The notes beneath the pieces were generated by a model. The model saw only the letters and a list, made by a program, of their open reading frames with translations. It made no database searches and was not told the DNA's origin. The position numbers were made by a program, and so were the translations under genes. Positions 52,562 through 62,483 of a stretch of DNA of 64,000 nt are shown piece after piece; positions within the stretch are counted from its first letter, which is position 1; the number at the start of each line of letters is the position of its first letter. The stretch lies in NCBI GenBank assembly GCA_965222155.1, contig CBDCTH010000012.1, positions 352,001 to 416,000 of the forward strand, written 5' to 3'. This DNA is from Gammaproteobacteria bacterium. Its GTDB lineage: Bacteria > Pseudomonadota > Gammaproteobacteria > Eutrophobiales > Eutrophobiaceae.

Positions 52562-53320
52562 CTAAATCTCCTGTGTGTACATATCTGTGTGTATTCTAGG
52601 CTGGAAACGATCAAAACACAAGTAGCTCGTTCAGTGTTTTGTCTGAAAAGAGCAATAGAGTGGATCAGGGACATTGACAACTGCCCGAATAAACGATAAA
52701 CACAAAAAAAGAGTTACACAATTTCCCGGTTGAAAGAACGGTTTGCCCGCCAACCCCTGTGGGAACGATAACCGTATACAGAAATGCAAATTCAAATCAA
52801 CGATAAAACCCTGGAACTCGCCGAAGGCGATATCACCGAACTCCACACCGACGCCATCGTCAATGCGGCAAATGCCTCGCTCATATTAGGCGCGGGCGTG
52901 GCGGGCGCCATTCGCGCCAAAGGCGGTCCCGCCATCCAACAGGAATGCGAAGAAATCGGTGGCTGTCCGGTCGGCGGCGCGGTAATCACGGGTGGCGGCA
53001 ACCTCAAGGCGCGGCACGTCATCCACGCCGTCGGCCCGCGCAAGGGAGAAGGGGACGAGGAGGAAAAACTCAGGAACGCCACACTGAGCAGCCTGAAAGT
53101 CGCAGACGAAAACGGCCTGAAAAGCATCGGGTTCCCGGCTATCAGCACCGGCGTTTTCGGGTTTCCGATAGAACGCTGCGCGGAGATCATGCTTTCCGGT
53201 GCGATTGATTACCTGCATGCGTATTTCACTGAATCCTGCCACCCGTTTCACGTGAAGGCTGCCACCCGGAACGCAGCAAAGCTGCCACCCCCAGGCGCGT
53301 GATGACGTGGGTGTTGGTCA

Positions 53321-54079
53321 TTATGACTCTGTTGGGGTCATCGTCGTCAATGTTTTTTTCTGTTTTCGCATGGATTCACCCTTGAGTTGTATTTTGTAAG
53401 CATTGTGCACCAGGCGGTCAAGGATGGCATCGGCGAGGGTGGGGTCGCCGATGCTGTGATGCCATTTTTCGGCCGGTAATTGACTGGTAGCGAGGGTGGA
53501 GCGTGCGCCGTGGCGGTCTTCCAGGATTTCCAGCAGGTCACGGCGCTGCGCTGCGTTCAATTTGACCAGGCCCCAGTCATCGAGGATGAGGGCCTGGGTT
53601 TTTGCCAGGGTGGTGAGGAGCTTGGGATAGCGTCCATCGCCCTTGGCGATGGACAGGTCCTGGAGGAGTCTGGGCAGGCGCAGGTAGAGGGCGGTGTAGC
53701 CGTGCCGGCAGGCGTTGTGTGCCAGGGCACAGGCGAGCCAGGTTTTGCCGACGCCGGTGGGGCCGGTGATGAGGATATTGAGGTGTTCGCGGACCCACTG
53801 GCAGGTGGCCAGTGATTGCATCAGGGATTTATCCAGTCCGCGCGGGTGGCGATAGTCGATATCCTCCAGGGTGGCATTGTGTTTGAGGCGGGCGCGTCGC
53901 AGCCGGTTGGACAGGCGTCGGTTGTCCCGTTCGGTTATCTCCCGGTCGACGAGCAGGCCGAGGCGTTCCTCGAAGCTGAGGGTATCGATATCGGGCACGG
54001 ACATCTGCTCGGTGAGGGCGGCAGCCATACCGGTGCATTTCAAGGTCTGGAGTTTGTCCAGGGTGGGATGTATCAACAT
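53321..54079 (-). CDS. istB: IS21 helper ATPase IstB
   Basis: LSFEERLGLLVDRE, GPTGVGKT, LILDDWG, ADAILDRLVH, LKGESMR. Confidence 0.95.
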   Translation of the reverse strand: MLIHPTLDKLQTLKCTGMAAALTEQMSVPDIDTLSFEERLGLLVDREITERDNRRLSNRLRRARLKHNATLEDIDYRHPRGLDKSLMQSLATCQWVREHLNILITGPTGVGKTWLACALAHNACRHGYTALYLRLPRLLQDLSIAKGDGRYPKLLTTLAKTQALILDDWGLVKLNAAQRRDLLEILEDRHGARSTLATSQLPAEKWHHSIGDPTLADAILDRLVHNAYKIQLKGESMRKQKKTLTTMTPTES

Positions 54080-54098
54080 AGCAGTCTCCTGTCGTGGG

Positions 54099-55640
54099 TC
54101 AGTGGTAGTAGGATGGGCCACGGATATTGTCGTGGTCATCAGGTAAGGCCGCCTCGGTCTGCTCGGCGAGGGGTTGCCGGTCCAGGCCGTGGCGGAGGAT
54201 GGATTCGATACTTTTGTAACTGTGGCTGCCCAGGGTGAGGGCGCGTTGGCAGGCGGCCTCCAGCCGGTCGTCGCCGTAGGTTTTAGCCAGGCGCAGGATC
54301 CCTAAGCAACTGCGGTAGGCCTGCTGGGGGTGCTTGCGGGCAGACAGGACACGGAGGATAAGGGTTTCTGTGGCCGGCCCGACCTGCGCGGCCCAGCGGC
54401 CCAGGCGTTGCGGGGACCACTCGCCGGCCTGGCGGTGCGCCTCGGGCATGTGGGCCGGGACGGTGGTATGACGTGCCTTATGATACGAGCGTCGATGGCT
54501 GGCGATGCGCTGGCCGCGATGAAAGCATTCAATGGTGTTGGCGGTGATGCGCACGTCCAGTTGTTTTTTGATGAGCGCGTGGGGCACGGAGTAGTAATGG
54601 CCATGGACCTCGATGTGATAGTCGATATGGACCCGCGCCTGCTTCCACTCGGCGTATTCGTACGCTTCGACGGGCAGGGGGCGCAGGGCCGGTTTATCCA
54701 GTTGCTCAAACAGCGCGCGCCGGGTGCCCGGCAGTTTCTTGAAGGGCCGGTTGTTGAGCGTCTCCAGCAACGCCCGGATGGCGCGGTTCAACTCTGCCAG
54801 GGAGAAGCACTGACGCTGGCGCAGGGCGGCGAGGATCCAGCGCTCTACCACCTGTACCGCGACCTCGGCTTTCGCTTTGTCACGGGGACGACGCACCCGT
54901 GCCGGGACAATGGCGACCCCGTAATGGGTGGCCAGGTCCTGGTAGGTGGGGTTGATGTCCGGCTCATAGCGATGCGCCTTGCTGACCCCGGCGCGTAAAT
55001 TATCCGGCACCACCACTTCAGGCACACCGCCCAGGTAGGTAAAACAGCGCACGTGGGCGCCGATCCAATCTTCCAGGCCCTGGCTCCAGGTGGCCTCGGC
55101 ATAGGTGTAGTTCGACGCGCCCAGCGCTGCCACAAACACCTCTGCCTCACGGACTTCCCCGGTTGCCGGGTTGATGACCTGAGCACGCATACCGGCATAA
55201 TCCACGAACAGCTTCTCACCGGCCCGGTGACTCTGGCGCATGACCAGATCCAGCTTGCCACGCCACGTCCGATAATGCTGGCAGAACCAGGTGTACTGAT
55301 AGCCTTGCGGGTGAGTCTGGCGATACTCATGCCATAACAACTGCAAGGTGACGCCCGGGCGTTTCAACTCCCGATGAATGTGTGACCAATCGGGCACGCC
55401 GCGGGCCGCGGCGGGCACGGCCGGGGCGGGCGGAAACAGCAAGCGCTCCAGCGCCCCGTCATCCAGCGCCGCAGGCAGCGGCCAGCTCATCCCGGCCGCC
55501 TCAGCACGGCGCAGGTAATCATCCACCGTCGGGCGTGAGACCCCGCAACTGCCGGCCGCCTTGCGCTTGCTCAGACCCTGGCTCCAGCACAGGCGTAATA
55601 CGTCTTTTATCTTTCTCATGGACAACCTCTTTGCAGGCAT
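54099..55640 (-). CDS. istA: IS21 transposase IstA
   Basis: HTH N-terminus, FVDYAG, VPDNL, PRDKAKAE DDE core, YSVPH. Confidence 0.95.
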   Translation of the reverse strand: MPAKRLSMRKIKDVLRLCWSQGLSKRKAAGSCGVSRPTVDDYLRRAEAAGMSWPLPAALDDGALERLLFPPAPAVPAAARGVPDWSHIHRELKRPGVTLQLLWHEYRQTHPQGYQYTWFCQHYRTWRGKLDLVMRQSHRAGEKLFVDYAGMRAQVINPATGEVREAEVFVAALGASNYTYAEATWSQGLEDWIGAHVRCFTYLGGVPEVVVPDNLRAGVSKAHRYEPDINPTYQDLATHYGVAIVPARVRRPRDKAKAEVAVQVVERWILAALRQRQCFSLAELNRAIRALLETLNNRPFKKLPGTRRALFEQLDKPALRPLPVEAYEYAEWKQARVHIDYHIEVHGHYYSVPHALIKKQLDVRITANTIECFHRGQRIASHRRSYHKARHTTVPAHMPEAHRQAGEWSPQRLGRWAAQVGPATETLILRVLSARKHPQQAYRSCLGILRLAKTYGDDRLEAACQRALTLGSHSYKSIESILRHGLDRQPLAEQTEAALPDDHDNIRGPSYYH

Positions 55641-56275
55641 CTGTGTCTCCTCCTTTCAGTAGAAATAAGGACACAGGATACCCTTGGTTATCCACGTCAA
55701 ACGCGCCGGTTATCTACCTCCTTGGGGGTGGCAGCTTTGCCGTGTAATGGGTGGCAGCTTTGCTGTGAAATACGCAACCTGCAGGGAGAAACTGGGCTGG
55801 TGAGAGTATTGTTCTGTCTGTATGGGCAGGAGGCGTTTGGGGTTTTTGAGGGGGTTTTGAAAAATCTCTAATGACAGTGTTGGCAGGTTGCGGAAACTTG
55901 CCGAATACGCCGGCGTGATTAGAATAGCGGCACCCTAAAACCGGCCAGAATTAAATTGAAACGGTACTAGTACCTTTTCCAGTTAATTCTGATCAGTTGA
56001 CGGGTCAAAGTTAATCAAGCTGCGGCAGTAGACGGGCTGGTATAGCGAGAGACACGCTACGAACCATTCCCGGTTGTTTACGAATCAGTCCCATCTCCTG
56101 CAAATGGGTCAAAGTTCTTCCACGTTTGCCGTTTTTTTCATTTCAGTTATGCACAAGACAAAATCGTTGAACCACAACACAAACATACACCATATATAGC
56201 ATAGGGGCATGCCGGAAATTCCGAATTTTCAGGTGTCTAGTTCCGGGGTCATCAACCTGAATTTTTCAGAATACC

Positions 56276-57043
56276 TTATTTTTTAACCCTGTCTTCTTTA
56301 CTATCGTTGGTCTGCAACACCCCTGAAATTTGACGCTCTGTTCCAGCTGCTATATCCGTAGCAAATCTTTCACTAAAGCCTGTTAGAAACGCTATGGCAA
56401 AAAAGAAGTATTCTTCAGTATCCGCTTCAAAGGCCAGAGGTAGCATTCCAGACCTGATAAGGGCAAATACGAAGAGCGCGAATCCGGTTCCAATTAACGG
56501 TTTAAAGAAACCTATGGCAATTAAAACAAAGCGATCAGTTTTCTCCAAATTAGAAAAGTCCTGTATTCTGACCATGACGCTAATGATGCTACCTAGGCCA
56601 CCCCCGATAATTACTAGCATGAGAAGCTCTATGGGAATGCCTAGAAAGTGCTCTGTATTATTAATCAATAGTGGAAGTAACATCATCGCAGCTGCTAAAA
56701 CCACGTATAACAACAAACCTAAACCGAAGACAACAAGCGTGGGGGGTGTGCCACTTTGCCAAATCTTATTCATTGGGCTTTTTCTAATACGAATACCCTT
56801 TGTTATTTTCTTTCGCAAATCAGTAGCGAGTTTTACATTTGGCTTGTCAAGCAGAAGCGAGTGGACAGCAATTTCCAATAAGCTCACAAATGAAGCGTAT
56901 TCTGGTTTTCGAATTTCTTCTGTGAGTGCTAAAACACTGGCGAGTTCAGTTTGAATGGTAATGTCGGTCGCTTTTGAGAGATTTTCTTTTACTTCTAACA
57001 AAATAGAATCGACATTTGTTGTTTGTTCAGTTTGGTTTGCCAT
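56276..57043 (-). CDS. Hypothetical membrane protein, about 4 TM helices
   Basis: Soluble N-terminus, then hydrophobic segments with GGLGSIISV, KPLIG and AFLTGFSERFA; co-oriented and closely spaced with the PLD gene. Confidence 0.7.
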   Translation of the reverse strand: MANQTEQTTNVDSILLEVKENLSKATDITIQTELASVLALTEEIRKPEYASFVSLLEIAVHSLLLDKPNVKLATDLRKKITKGIRIRKSPMNKIWQSGTPPTLVVFGLGLLLYVVLAAAMMLLPLLINNTEHFLGIPIELLMLVIIGGGLGSIISVMVRIQDFSNLEKTDRFVLIAIGFFKPLIGTGFALFVFALIRSGMLPLAFEADTEEYFFFAIAFLTGFSERFATDIAAGTERQISGVLQTNDSKEDRVKK

Positions 57044-57078
57044 TATATCGGTATTCAGGTTGGGAGATTAAACCTACT

Positions 57079-57993
57079 CTAGTTTCGTGATTTCAAGCGT
57101 AAGACAAACGATTCAGGCGCCACTTCAAACTGATCTTCAAAAAAGATTCCAATCCATTCTCGGACTATTCTCCACTGTGCTCGAACATCCTGTTCTATTA
57201 AGTCGGGGCGAGCTTCTTTAATACGTTCTATCCCGTCAGTATCCGAAAGACCTTGTGGCACAATATCAATAATTCCAGCGAATGCAGGGATTTGCAGAAG
57301 TGTATCCCGTACTCTAGTTTTGAAAACCTTTTCCGATAGTCCTGGTTGGATATGTAAGTCTTTTAAATCAGCAAGACCATCTTCCTTTGTCCCAGATACA
57401 ACTACAGTTGTTTCAGGGTTAGAGTAGATCTCATATAGCTTATCAGGCGCTGCACAGCGAGGGAGCCAGGTAACTTGGTGGACTGAACTATCTCCTGCCA
57501 TCTTTTCTCCTTCTTCATGCTTTGTCATCTTGAGGGCGTTGGCCAATTCCTCTATTTTAGAGTGAATTTCGATGGTTGCTATTTCTGCTGTGTCGAGCCG
57601 TTGTAATAAATTAACGATGTCTGGGTCTATAGATTTAGCTGGGACCAGAAGTTCTACATTGCTATTTTTTGCCCACCCTAATGCGCTGGCTGTAAGATTT
57701 GCTGAACCAACTAGACATAGATCATCTGCGAGATACAGTTTTGCGTGTAGGTCATTTAACAATCTGAGTTCTGTATGCGGTCTCTCATTTACAATCTGCA
57801 ATACTTCAAGATCACTGACACCTGCTGCAACTTCAGTTGCTCGCCATCGGGTAAAAATTTGAACAGGAATATTTGTTGGTATGATTGGTAATATTGTCTT
57901 TAATACATCCGCTTTAATAAATGGAGCACATAAGATCACTCTGACGTGAGCTTTTTTGAGTAGTGTTTTTAGTCGTTCTCCGTCTGCAATCAT
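57079..57993 (-). CDS. Phospholipase D-family (HKD) nuclease-like protein
   Basis: CAPFIK, LHAKLYLAD (HxKxxxxD), VGSANLT, NVE. Confidence 0.85.
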   Translation of the reverse strand: MIADGERLKTLLKKAHVRVILCAPFIKADVLKTILPIIPTNIPVQIFTRWRATEVAAGVSDLEVLQIVNERPHTELRLLNDLHAKLYLADDLCLVGSANLTASALGWAKNSNVELLVPAKSIDPDIVNLLQRLDTAEIATIEIHSKIEELANALKMTKHEEGEKMAGDSSVHQVTWLPRCAAPDKLYEIYSNPETTVVVSGTKEDGLADLKDLHIQPGLSEKVFKTRVRDTLLQIPAFAGIIDIVPQGLSDTDGIERIKEARPDLIEQDVRAQWRIVREWIGIFFEDQFEVAPESFVLRLKSRN

Positions 57994-58013
57994 GAGCAGT
58001 CCTCACAAAATAG

Positions 58014-59870
58014 TTACAGTGAGTAGCTATCATCCGGTTCTAAAAACTTCGCTGCGATTTGTCCCCAGTCAAATCTTACCTTCTGTAGGGCTTTGGAGCG
58101 CTCAATACCTGCTTCCCTTTCATAGCGTCCCCATGCTGCAAAGATAATTTTCCCCGCATTTACTGCTCTTGTTAATCGTTCAAGTACTTCTTCTCTCGTG
58201 AACTCGCTTACATCCTCGTCAGTAGTGGCGATCGTACCAAAGATATCGTCGAAAGCCGGGTGTTTCCTGTTGAATATTATTTCGGTAACATTTCCCTTCA
58301 TCTCTACATTAAACAGTTGATATGCATCAGGAAAATCTGCCTCTAGAAATACTACTTTTAAGTCTGCATCTCTGATGAGTGAAATAAGCTGTTCAGCATC
58401 CGCCTCACTATATTTCTTGTTTTCAGTGAGATCGGTTCGGATATCATCAAGGTCACTTTCTGTGGGTGATTTCTTATCATCTTCAAGAGGACGTTCTTTT
58501 GAACGTTCCTTCCATCCCTGGTTGGCTGCTTTGGTTACGTCGTCAGCTTCATCATGGCGATTTCGTCTGCTTGATCGCTTACCTGCCCCTTGAGCCTTTA
58601 TCAAAGCACGTAGTTGAATGATATTACGTTTGATACCGTTACTTACGCCAAGTAACCACCCGCGAGGATCACCTTCCTCCTTCAGGCGATTTACGACATC
58701 AATAAATTGTTCACCTTCTTCAGCGAGTTCTTCCCATTCCATGGTAGCTAATTCAGCAAAATGGGTTGCTGCTTGCTTATTGTTTGTAACGCCAAATACC
58801 TCGTCGAGTTGAGGAGGGAACTCTACTTCAGCACCCCACCACCTTTCCCTGGGGTCGTATCCAATGCACCATCCGTGATCAAGCATGATCTCGCGTCGCG
58901 CGCGAAGTACTGAAACACCAATGTTACTTGCTGCATGTTTCCCATATTTTGTACTTCCTCGATCAAATGTGCCAGCTTCTGAAATCGTATCTTCAGTCGC
59001 TATCGAATAGCGAGTTATTACTGGATAGACATGCCCTTTATACTCAATTTCATGTGTTTCATTAAACACATCTTCAAACATAGGACGTTCATTAAATGGT
59101 GGCGGCAAAGACATTATAGGTGCAAGATAAAGTGGATCATTAATTTTGGTTTCTCTGTCAATTAATACATTATTGTTATCCTCTTCAATTGCGTGCAGCC
59201 GTATCTTTACAGTGTCATCAGCAATGAAGTTCCTATACACTCGTCCCACTATCTCCTCTGTGCGAAGTAGAGCACGTTCGGCACGTTTCCATGTCAATCT
59301 TTCAAAGTCAAGATCTGACCATACCACTAAGGTCCCATGTTGCCCGATGTCTTCTGAAAACTCTCGCCATGTTTCAGGAACTCTATCACGCTTAGGTTCT
59401 GGTATTTTTTTCATATCACCTGACTCGACTTGACTAAGGTCAATGAACGACGTTATTGCATTATCCGGTCCATTCTGCCAAGTCCAAACATCCACTCGTC
59501 TAGCTTGTGAGATAGATGCATTTGGAAGCCCCATACCGAAACGACCGATACCAGTTCGGTCACCAAGACGTGTGCCGTTACCAAATTGGAGTGCCATCCA
59601 TAAAGTCTGCAAATCCATACCTGCTCCATTGTCAAGCACTGCTATTTTCCAAAGCCTTGAACGCTCACGCTTATGAACTTGTTCGCGTTTTTCTATACAG
59701 AACACCTCAATCATTGAAGCTTCGGCTTGAACAGCGTTGTCTATCAGTTCCGCAAGTGCATAGGCTGTGTTCTTGTACCCCGAATCACGCATAGCAGTAA
59801 TTGCGAGACTCGGAGGAATGATTTGAGCGTCAAACAGGTCACTTTGTTTAAAATTCTCGCTGCTAGTCAT
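58014..59870 (-). CDS. MORC-like GHKL (HATPase_c) ATPase
   Basis: MRDSGY...ALAELIDNAVQA, DNGAGM, GRFGMGL, HGTLVVW, S5-like region (GVSVLRARREI, LDEVFGVTNNKQ); probable start 59870 overlaps the helicase stop. Confidence 0.85.
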   Translation of the reverse strand: MTSSENFKQSDLFDAQIIPPSLAITAMRDSGYKNTAYALAELIDNAVQAEASMIEVFCIEKREQVHKRERSRLWKIAVLDNGAGMDLQTLWMALQFGNGTRLGDRTGIGRFGMGLPNASISQARRVDVWTWQNGPDNAITSFIDLSQVESGDMKKIPEPKRDRVPETWREFSEDIGQHGTLVVWSDLDFERLTWKRAERALLRTEEIVGRVYRNFIADDTVKIRLHAIEEDNNNVLIDRETKINDPLYLAPIMSLPPPFNERPMFEDVFNETHEIEYKGHVYPVITRYSIATEDTISEAGTFDRGSTKYGKHAASNIGVSVLRARREIMLDHGWCIGYDPRERWWGAEVEFPPQLDEVFGVTNNKQAATHFAELATMEWEELAEEGEQFIDVVNRLKEEGDPRGWLLGVSNGIKRNIIQLRALIKAQGAGKRSSRRNRHDEADDVTKAANQGWKERSKERPLEDDKKSPTESDLDDIRTDLTENKKYSEADAEQLISLIRDADLKVVFLEADFPDAYQLFNVEMKGNVTEIIFNRKHPAFDDIFGTIATTDEDVSEFTREEVLERLTRAVNAGKIIFAAWGRYEREAGIERSKALQKVRFDWGQIAAKFLEPDDSYSL

Positions 59871-61497
59871 GCCATACATCCTCCCAATTGGTAAACGCAT
59901 CAGCAATATCGCCAAAACCAGGTAAGTCAATATCAATCACTGTAGAAATTTCGCAAATTTTATTACCGCCAGCTTTAGGTCCTCTTGTTGCGCGACCCAC
60001 CATCTGACTGAAAAGAACAAGGGATTTAGTAGGTCGAGCGATCACGGCAGCGCTCGTGTTAGGAGCGTCAAACCCGGTCGTTAGGACGCCGAAATTGCAT
60101 AGGACAATCGGCTTTGTCGAAGGTCTTCGAAACATTCTAATGCTTCTTATGCGGGAAGTAGAATTTGTTTTACCAGTCACAACTTGTCCATCAATCCCCA
60201 AAGCTGACAGAGCCGCAGCTAACAACTCAGCGTGTCGTACTGACGAGCCGAAAAGTATAATTCGGCTATGTCCCTTTTCTATCAAACGTCGTATTTCGTT
60301 AATTATTATGACATTTCGACCTGATTGTTGAGCTAGCAATTCTAGCACCGCTGAATCATAGTCGTCCCATCTACCTGAATCCTTTAGATATGGCTTAAGA
60401 TCAGATGTCGCTTCAAACTCCAAGCGTCGAAAAGTTGGTCGAGCCAAATATCCCTGTTCTATAAGAAAAGCAACTGGATCGTCCCAACCCTCGACTTCCA
60501 ACATGACCTTTCGGCCACCGAAAAATTCAGAGAGCTGTTCATCGGCTGCAATATCTGACCATGTGCGACCCGGTGTCGCCGTCAAACCGACAAGAGCGTT
60601 ATTTGAGCCAGTTTCTGTCAAGATATCAATTATGTCCCGATAGGTTGGCGCAATTGCCTGATGCGCCTCATCAACAATGACTAGCTTTACAGATTTTGCG
60701 AGCCTCAAAACGCCGATATGATCCCTCGTTTTAAGAGCATACATTTTTTGTAACCCGGCGAATATTATGCAATCTGAGGGTGTAGTTAGATCTGGTGAGT
60801 AATTCCCCCAATATCGCAATATGCTTACCTCACGGTTACCGAGTTGTGACCAGGCATTTTGGAAAGCGTCTGCTGCCTGGTCGAGTAACTCTGAACTTGC
60901 AGCTAACCAAACGATAACCGAAGGTTCAGAGGCAGTCATAAATCTGCTAACAATATGCATAGCTGTTCTAGTCTTACCTGCACCGGTTGGCATGTGGAGG
61001 ACAACTCGTCCATGACCGCCTCGGATTGCATTACATACTCGGTCGGCTACTCGTCGTTGATGTGGAAACAGCCCATAGTTAGCTCGAACCTCTTCCAGTT
61101 CGTACTCAAGAGAGAACGGAACAGCTTCATGTGTATCGATCCCAAAAAAGCCCAAAAAGGACTGCCAAGTTTTAGTATTCGCTGTTAAATCCAGGGAGCG
61201 AAACACGGCTATATCCTTTACGCCTAAACGGTTTACTAACTCCGTGAGTTTTCCTTCCGACAGTGCGTTGAAGCATATCTTTTGGATATCCCTACGCGCC
61301 ATCAAAGTGTCTGCCTGCTCTCGCAGTATTTCGGTAGCGATTCGGCGGAGTGTTAAATTAATATCTTTGGGATCGGAAATAGCTTCCACAAGCGAGATGA
61401 TGTCTTTCCCAAGAATTTTATATAAATCATCCATGCTTATGCGGTTTACAACCTCATCCAAGTCCTGTCCAGGACTGTTACCATAGAATGCTTCCAT
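59863..61497 (-). CDS. SF2 DEAH helicase (ResIII-like)
   Basis: LFPHQ, MPTGAGKT, IVDEAH, GLTATPGR, VLTTGFDAP, QMVGRATRG. Confidence 0.92.
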   Translation of the reverse strand: MEAFYGNSPGQDLDEVVNRISMDDLYKILGKDIISLVEAISDPKDINLTLRRIATEILREQADTLMARRDIQKICFNALSEGKLTELVNRLGVKDIAVFRSLDLTANTKTWQSFLGFFGIDTHEAVPFSLEYELEEVRANYGLFPHQRRVADRVCNAIRGGHGRVVLHMPTGAGKTRTAMHIVSRFMTASEPSVIVWLAASSELLDQAADAFQNAWSQLGNREVSILRYWGNYSPDLTTPSDCIIFAGLQKMYALKTRDHIGVLRLAKSVKLVIVDEAHQAIAPTYRDIIDILTETGSNNALVGLTATPGRTWSDIAADEQLSEFFGGRKVMLEVEGWDDPVAFLIEQGYLARPTFRRLEFEATSDLKPYLKDSGRWDDYDSAVLELLAQQSGRNVIIINEIRRLIEKGHSRIILFGSSVRHAELLAAALSALGIDGQVVTGKTNSTSRIRSIRMFRRPSTKPIVLCNFGVLTTGFDAPNTSAAVIARPTKSLVLFSQMVGRATRGPKAGGNKICEISTVIDIDLPGFGDIADAFTNWEDVWHD

Positions 61498-61640
61498 AAT
61501 TTTGTTGTACCTTTCCTAGATGGTTAGTCAGATGGGTTATATCTCCATTGTTTGGCAGGGATTATATTTATGAGCGTGCGTTCTGCTAAACATTTTACCT
61601 AGAGAAGCCTGAAATACTAGATTTGGAGTAACTATTTGAA

Positions 61641-62483
61641 TTATTTATGACAAGCCAAACAAACCTTCGCCTGCCCGTATAAATCGTCAATATCCAGAGG
61701 ATCATTATCAGGACGTAAAGGATTAGGCTGGACCTTGGAGCGCATACGAAATAGACGCTGTTCATGCTCCAGCCTGATTTGTCTGACACGTTCCGGCTTC
61801 TCCAGTTCTTCAAGCGCTTCGCCCTGACACCAGGTGAAAGGAGAACCGTGTTCCACGGAGTTCTTTTCGTAAGTTTTAGCTTCCTCAAATGCTTCAGGGT
61901 GATACTCTTTCAACCGGACCCATTCGATTTTTTGTTGGAAAAAACAGAAAGTGCAGCCACTGCGGGTACGCCATGCGTAATATGTCGGCAAGCCCAGACC
62001 CGCGCCATCTAGTATATCAAGAACGCCTGTCTTGTCGATCCCGACTTCCTTGAAAGGTAGACGCACTATAAGCCTGTCGTTTTTGGAGGCATAGCCTTCT
62101 CGATATTCCTCGTCCGAACGGATAGCGACATAGCTGTAGATGGTCTCCCCATTTTCGAGCTTGGGACGCAGCCATTGTTCGAACGGCCGCAGCTTCAGTT
62201 GTCTGGTACACCAGCGGCTTTGAGGTGAAGGTAGGAAATCATTGTATTGCTTGAGCCAGAAATCAAAATCCCGGTCGGGATTCAGCCGTAATATCGGCTG
62301 GCCCAAAAAACCTTCCAAACGCCCAAGATATTCGTACACTTCCGGCAATTCTTTGCCGGTGTCCGTAAAAAAGTATTCAATTTCCAGTTCCGGATGGTGT
62401 TGCCGCATATAAACTGCCAAGGCTGCGCTATCCCGACCGCCGGACAGGCCTAGTACATGTCTTTCTGCCACCGCAATACTCAT
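61641..62483 (-). CDS. PAPS reductase-family protein, SspD-like (DNA phosphorothioation)
   Basis: PP-loop LSGGRDS, DTGKELPE, RWCTRQLKLRPF, RSGCTFCFFQ, C-terminal CLACH; 4-bp overlap with the upstream large gene. Confidence 0.8.
   Translation of the reverse strand: MSIAVAERHVLGLSGGRDSAALAVYMRQHHPELEIEYFFTDTGKELPEVYEYLGRLEGFLGQPILRLNPDRDFDFWLKQYNDFLPSPQSRWCTRQLKLRPFEQWLRPKLENGETIYSYVAIRSDEEYREGYASKNDRLIVRLPFKEVGIDKTGVLDILDGAGLGLPTYYAWRTRSGCTFCFFQQKIEWVRLKEYHPEAFEEAKTYEKNSVEHGSPFTWCQGEALEELEKPERVRQIRLEHEQRLFRMRSKVQPNPLRPDNDPLDIDDLYGQAKVCLACHK

Larger units (their letters stand above)
53218..55776 (-). mobile_element. IS21-family insertion sequence, complete
   Basis: TG...CA ends (tgcgtatttcac / gtgaaatacgca), multiple subterminal ctgccacc repeats, 7-bp target duplication acctgca (53211-53217 and 55777-55783). 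Confidence 0.96.
52784..55871 (+). pseudogene. Macrodomain (ADP-ribose-binding/hydrolase, YmdB-like) gene interrupted by IS21
   Basis: GDIT, DAIVNAAN..L..GAGVAGAI, VIHAVGP, FPAISTGVFGFP; removing the IS restores AIDYLQGETGLVRVLFCLYGQEAFGVFEGVLKNL*. Confidence 0.9.

Noticed and set aside
6965-56200. Prophage, ICE or integron
   Set aside because: No integrase, phage structural, conjugation or convincing attC features were seen.
61641-62483. Sulfate-assimilation CysH or BREX type 4 BrxP
   Set aside because: No cys genes, pglZ or brxL are in view; motifs and coupling to the upstream protein fit SspD better, though upstream context is missing.
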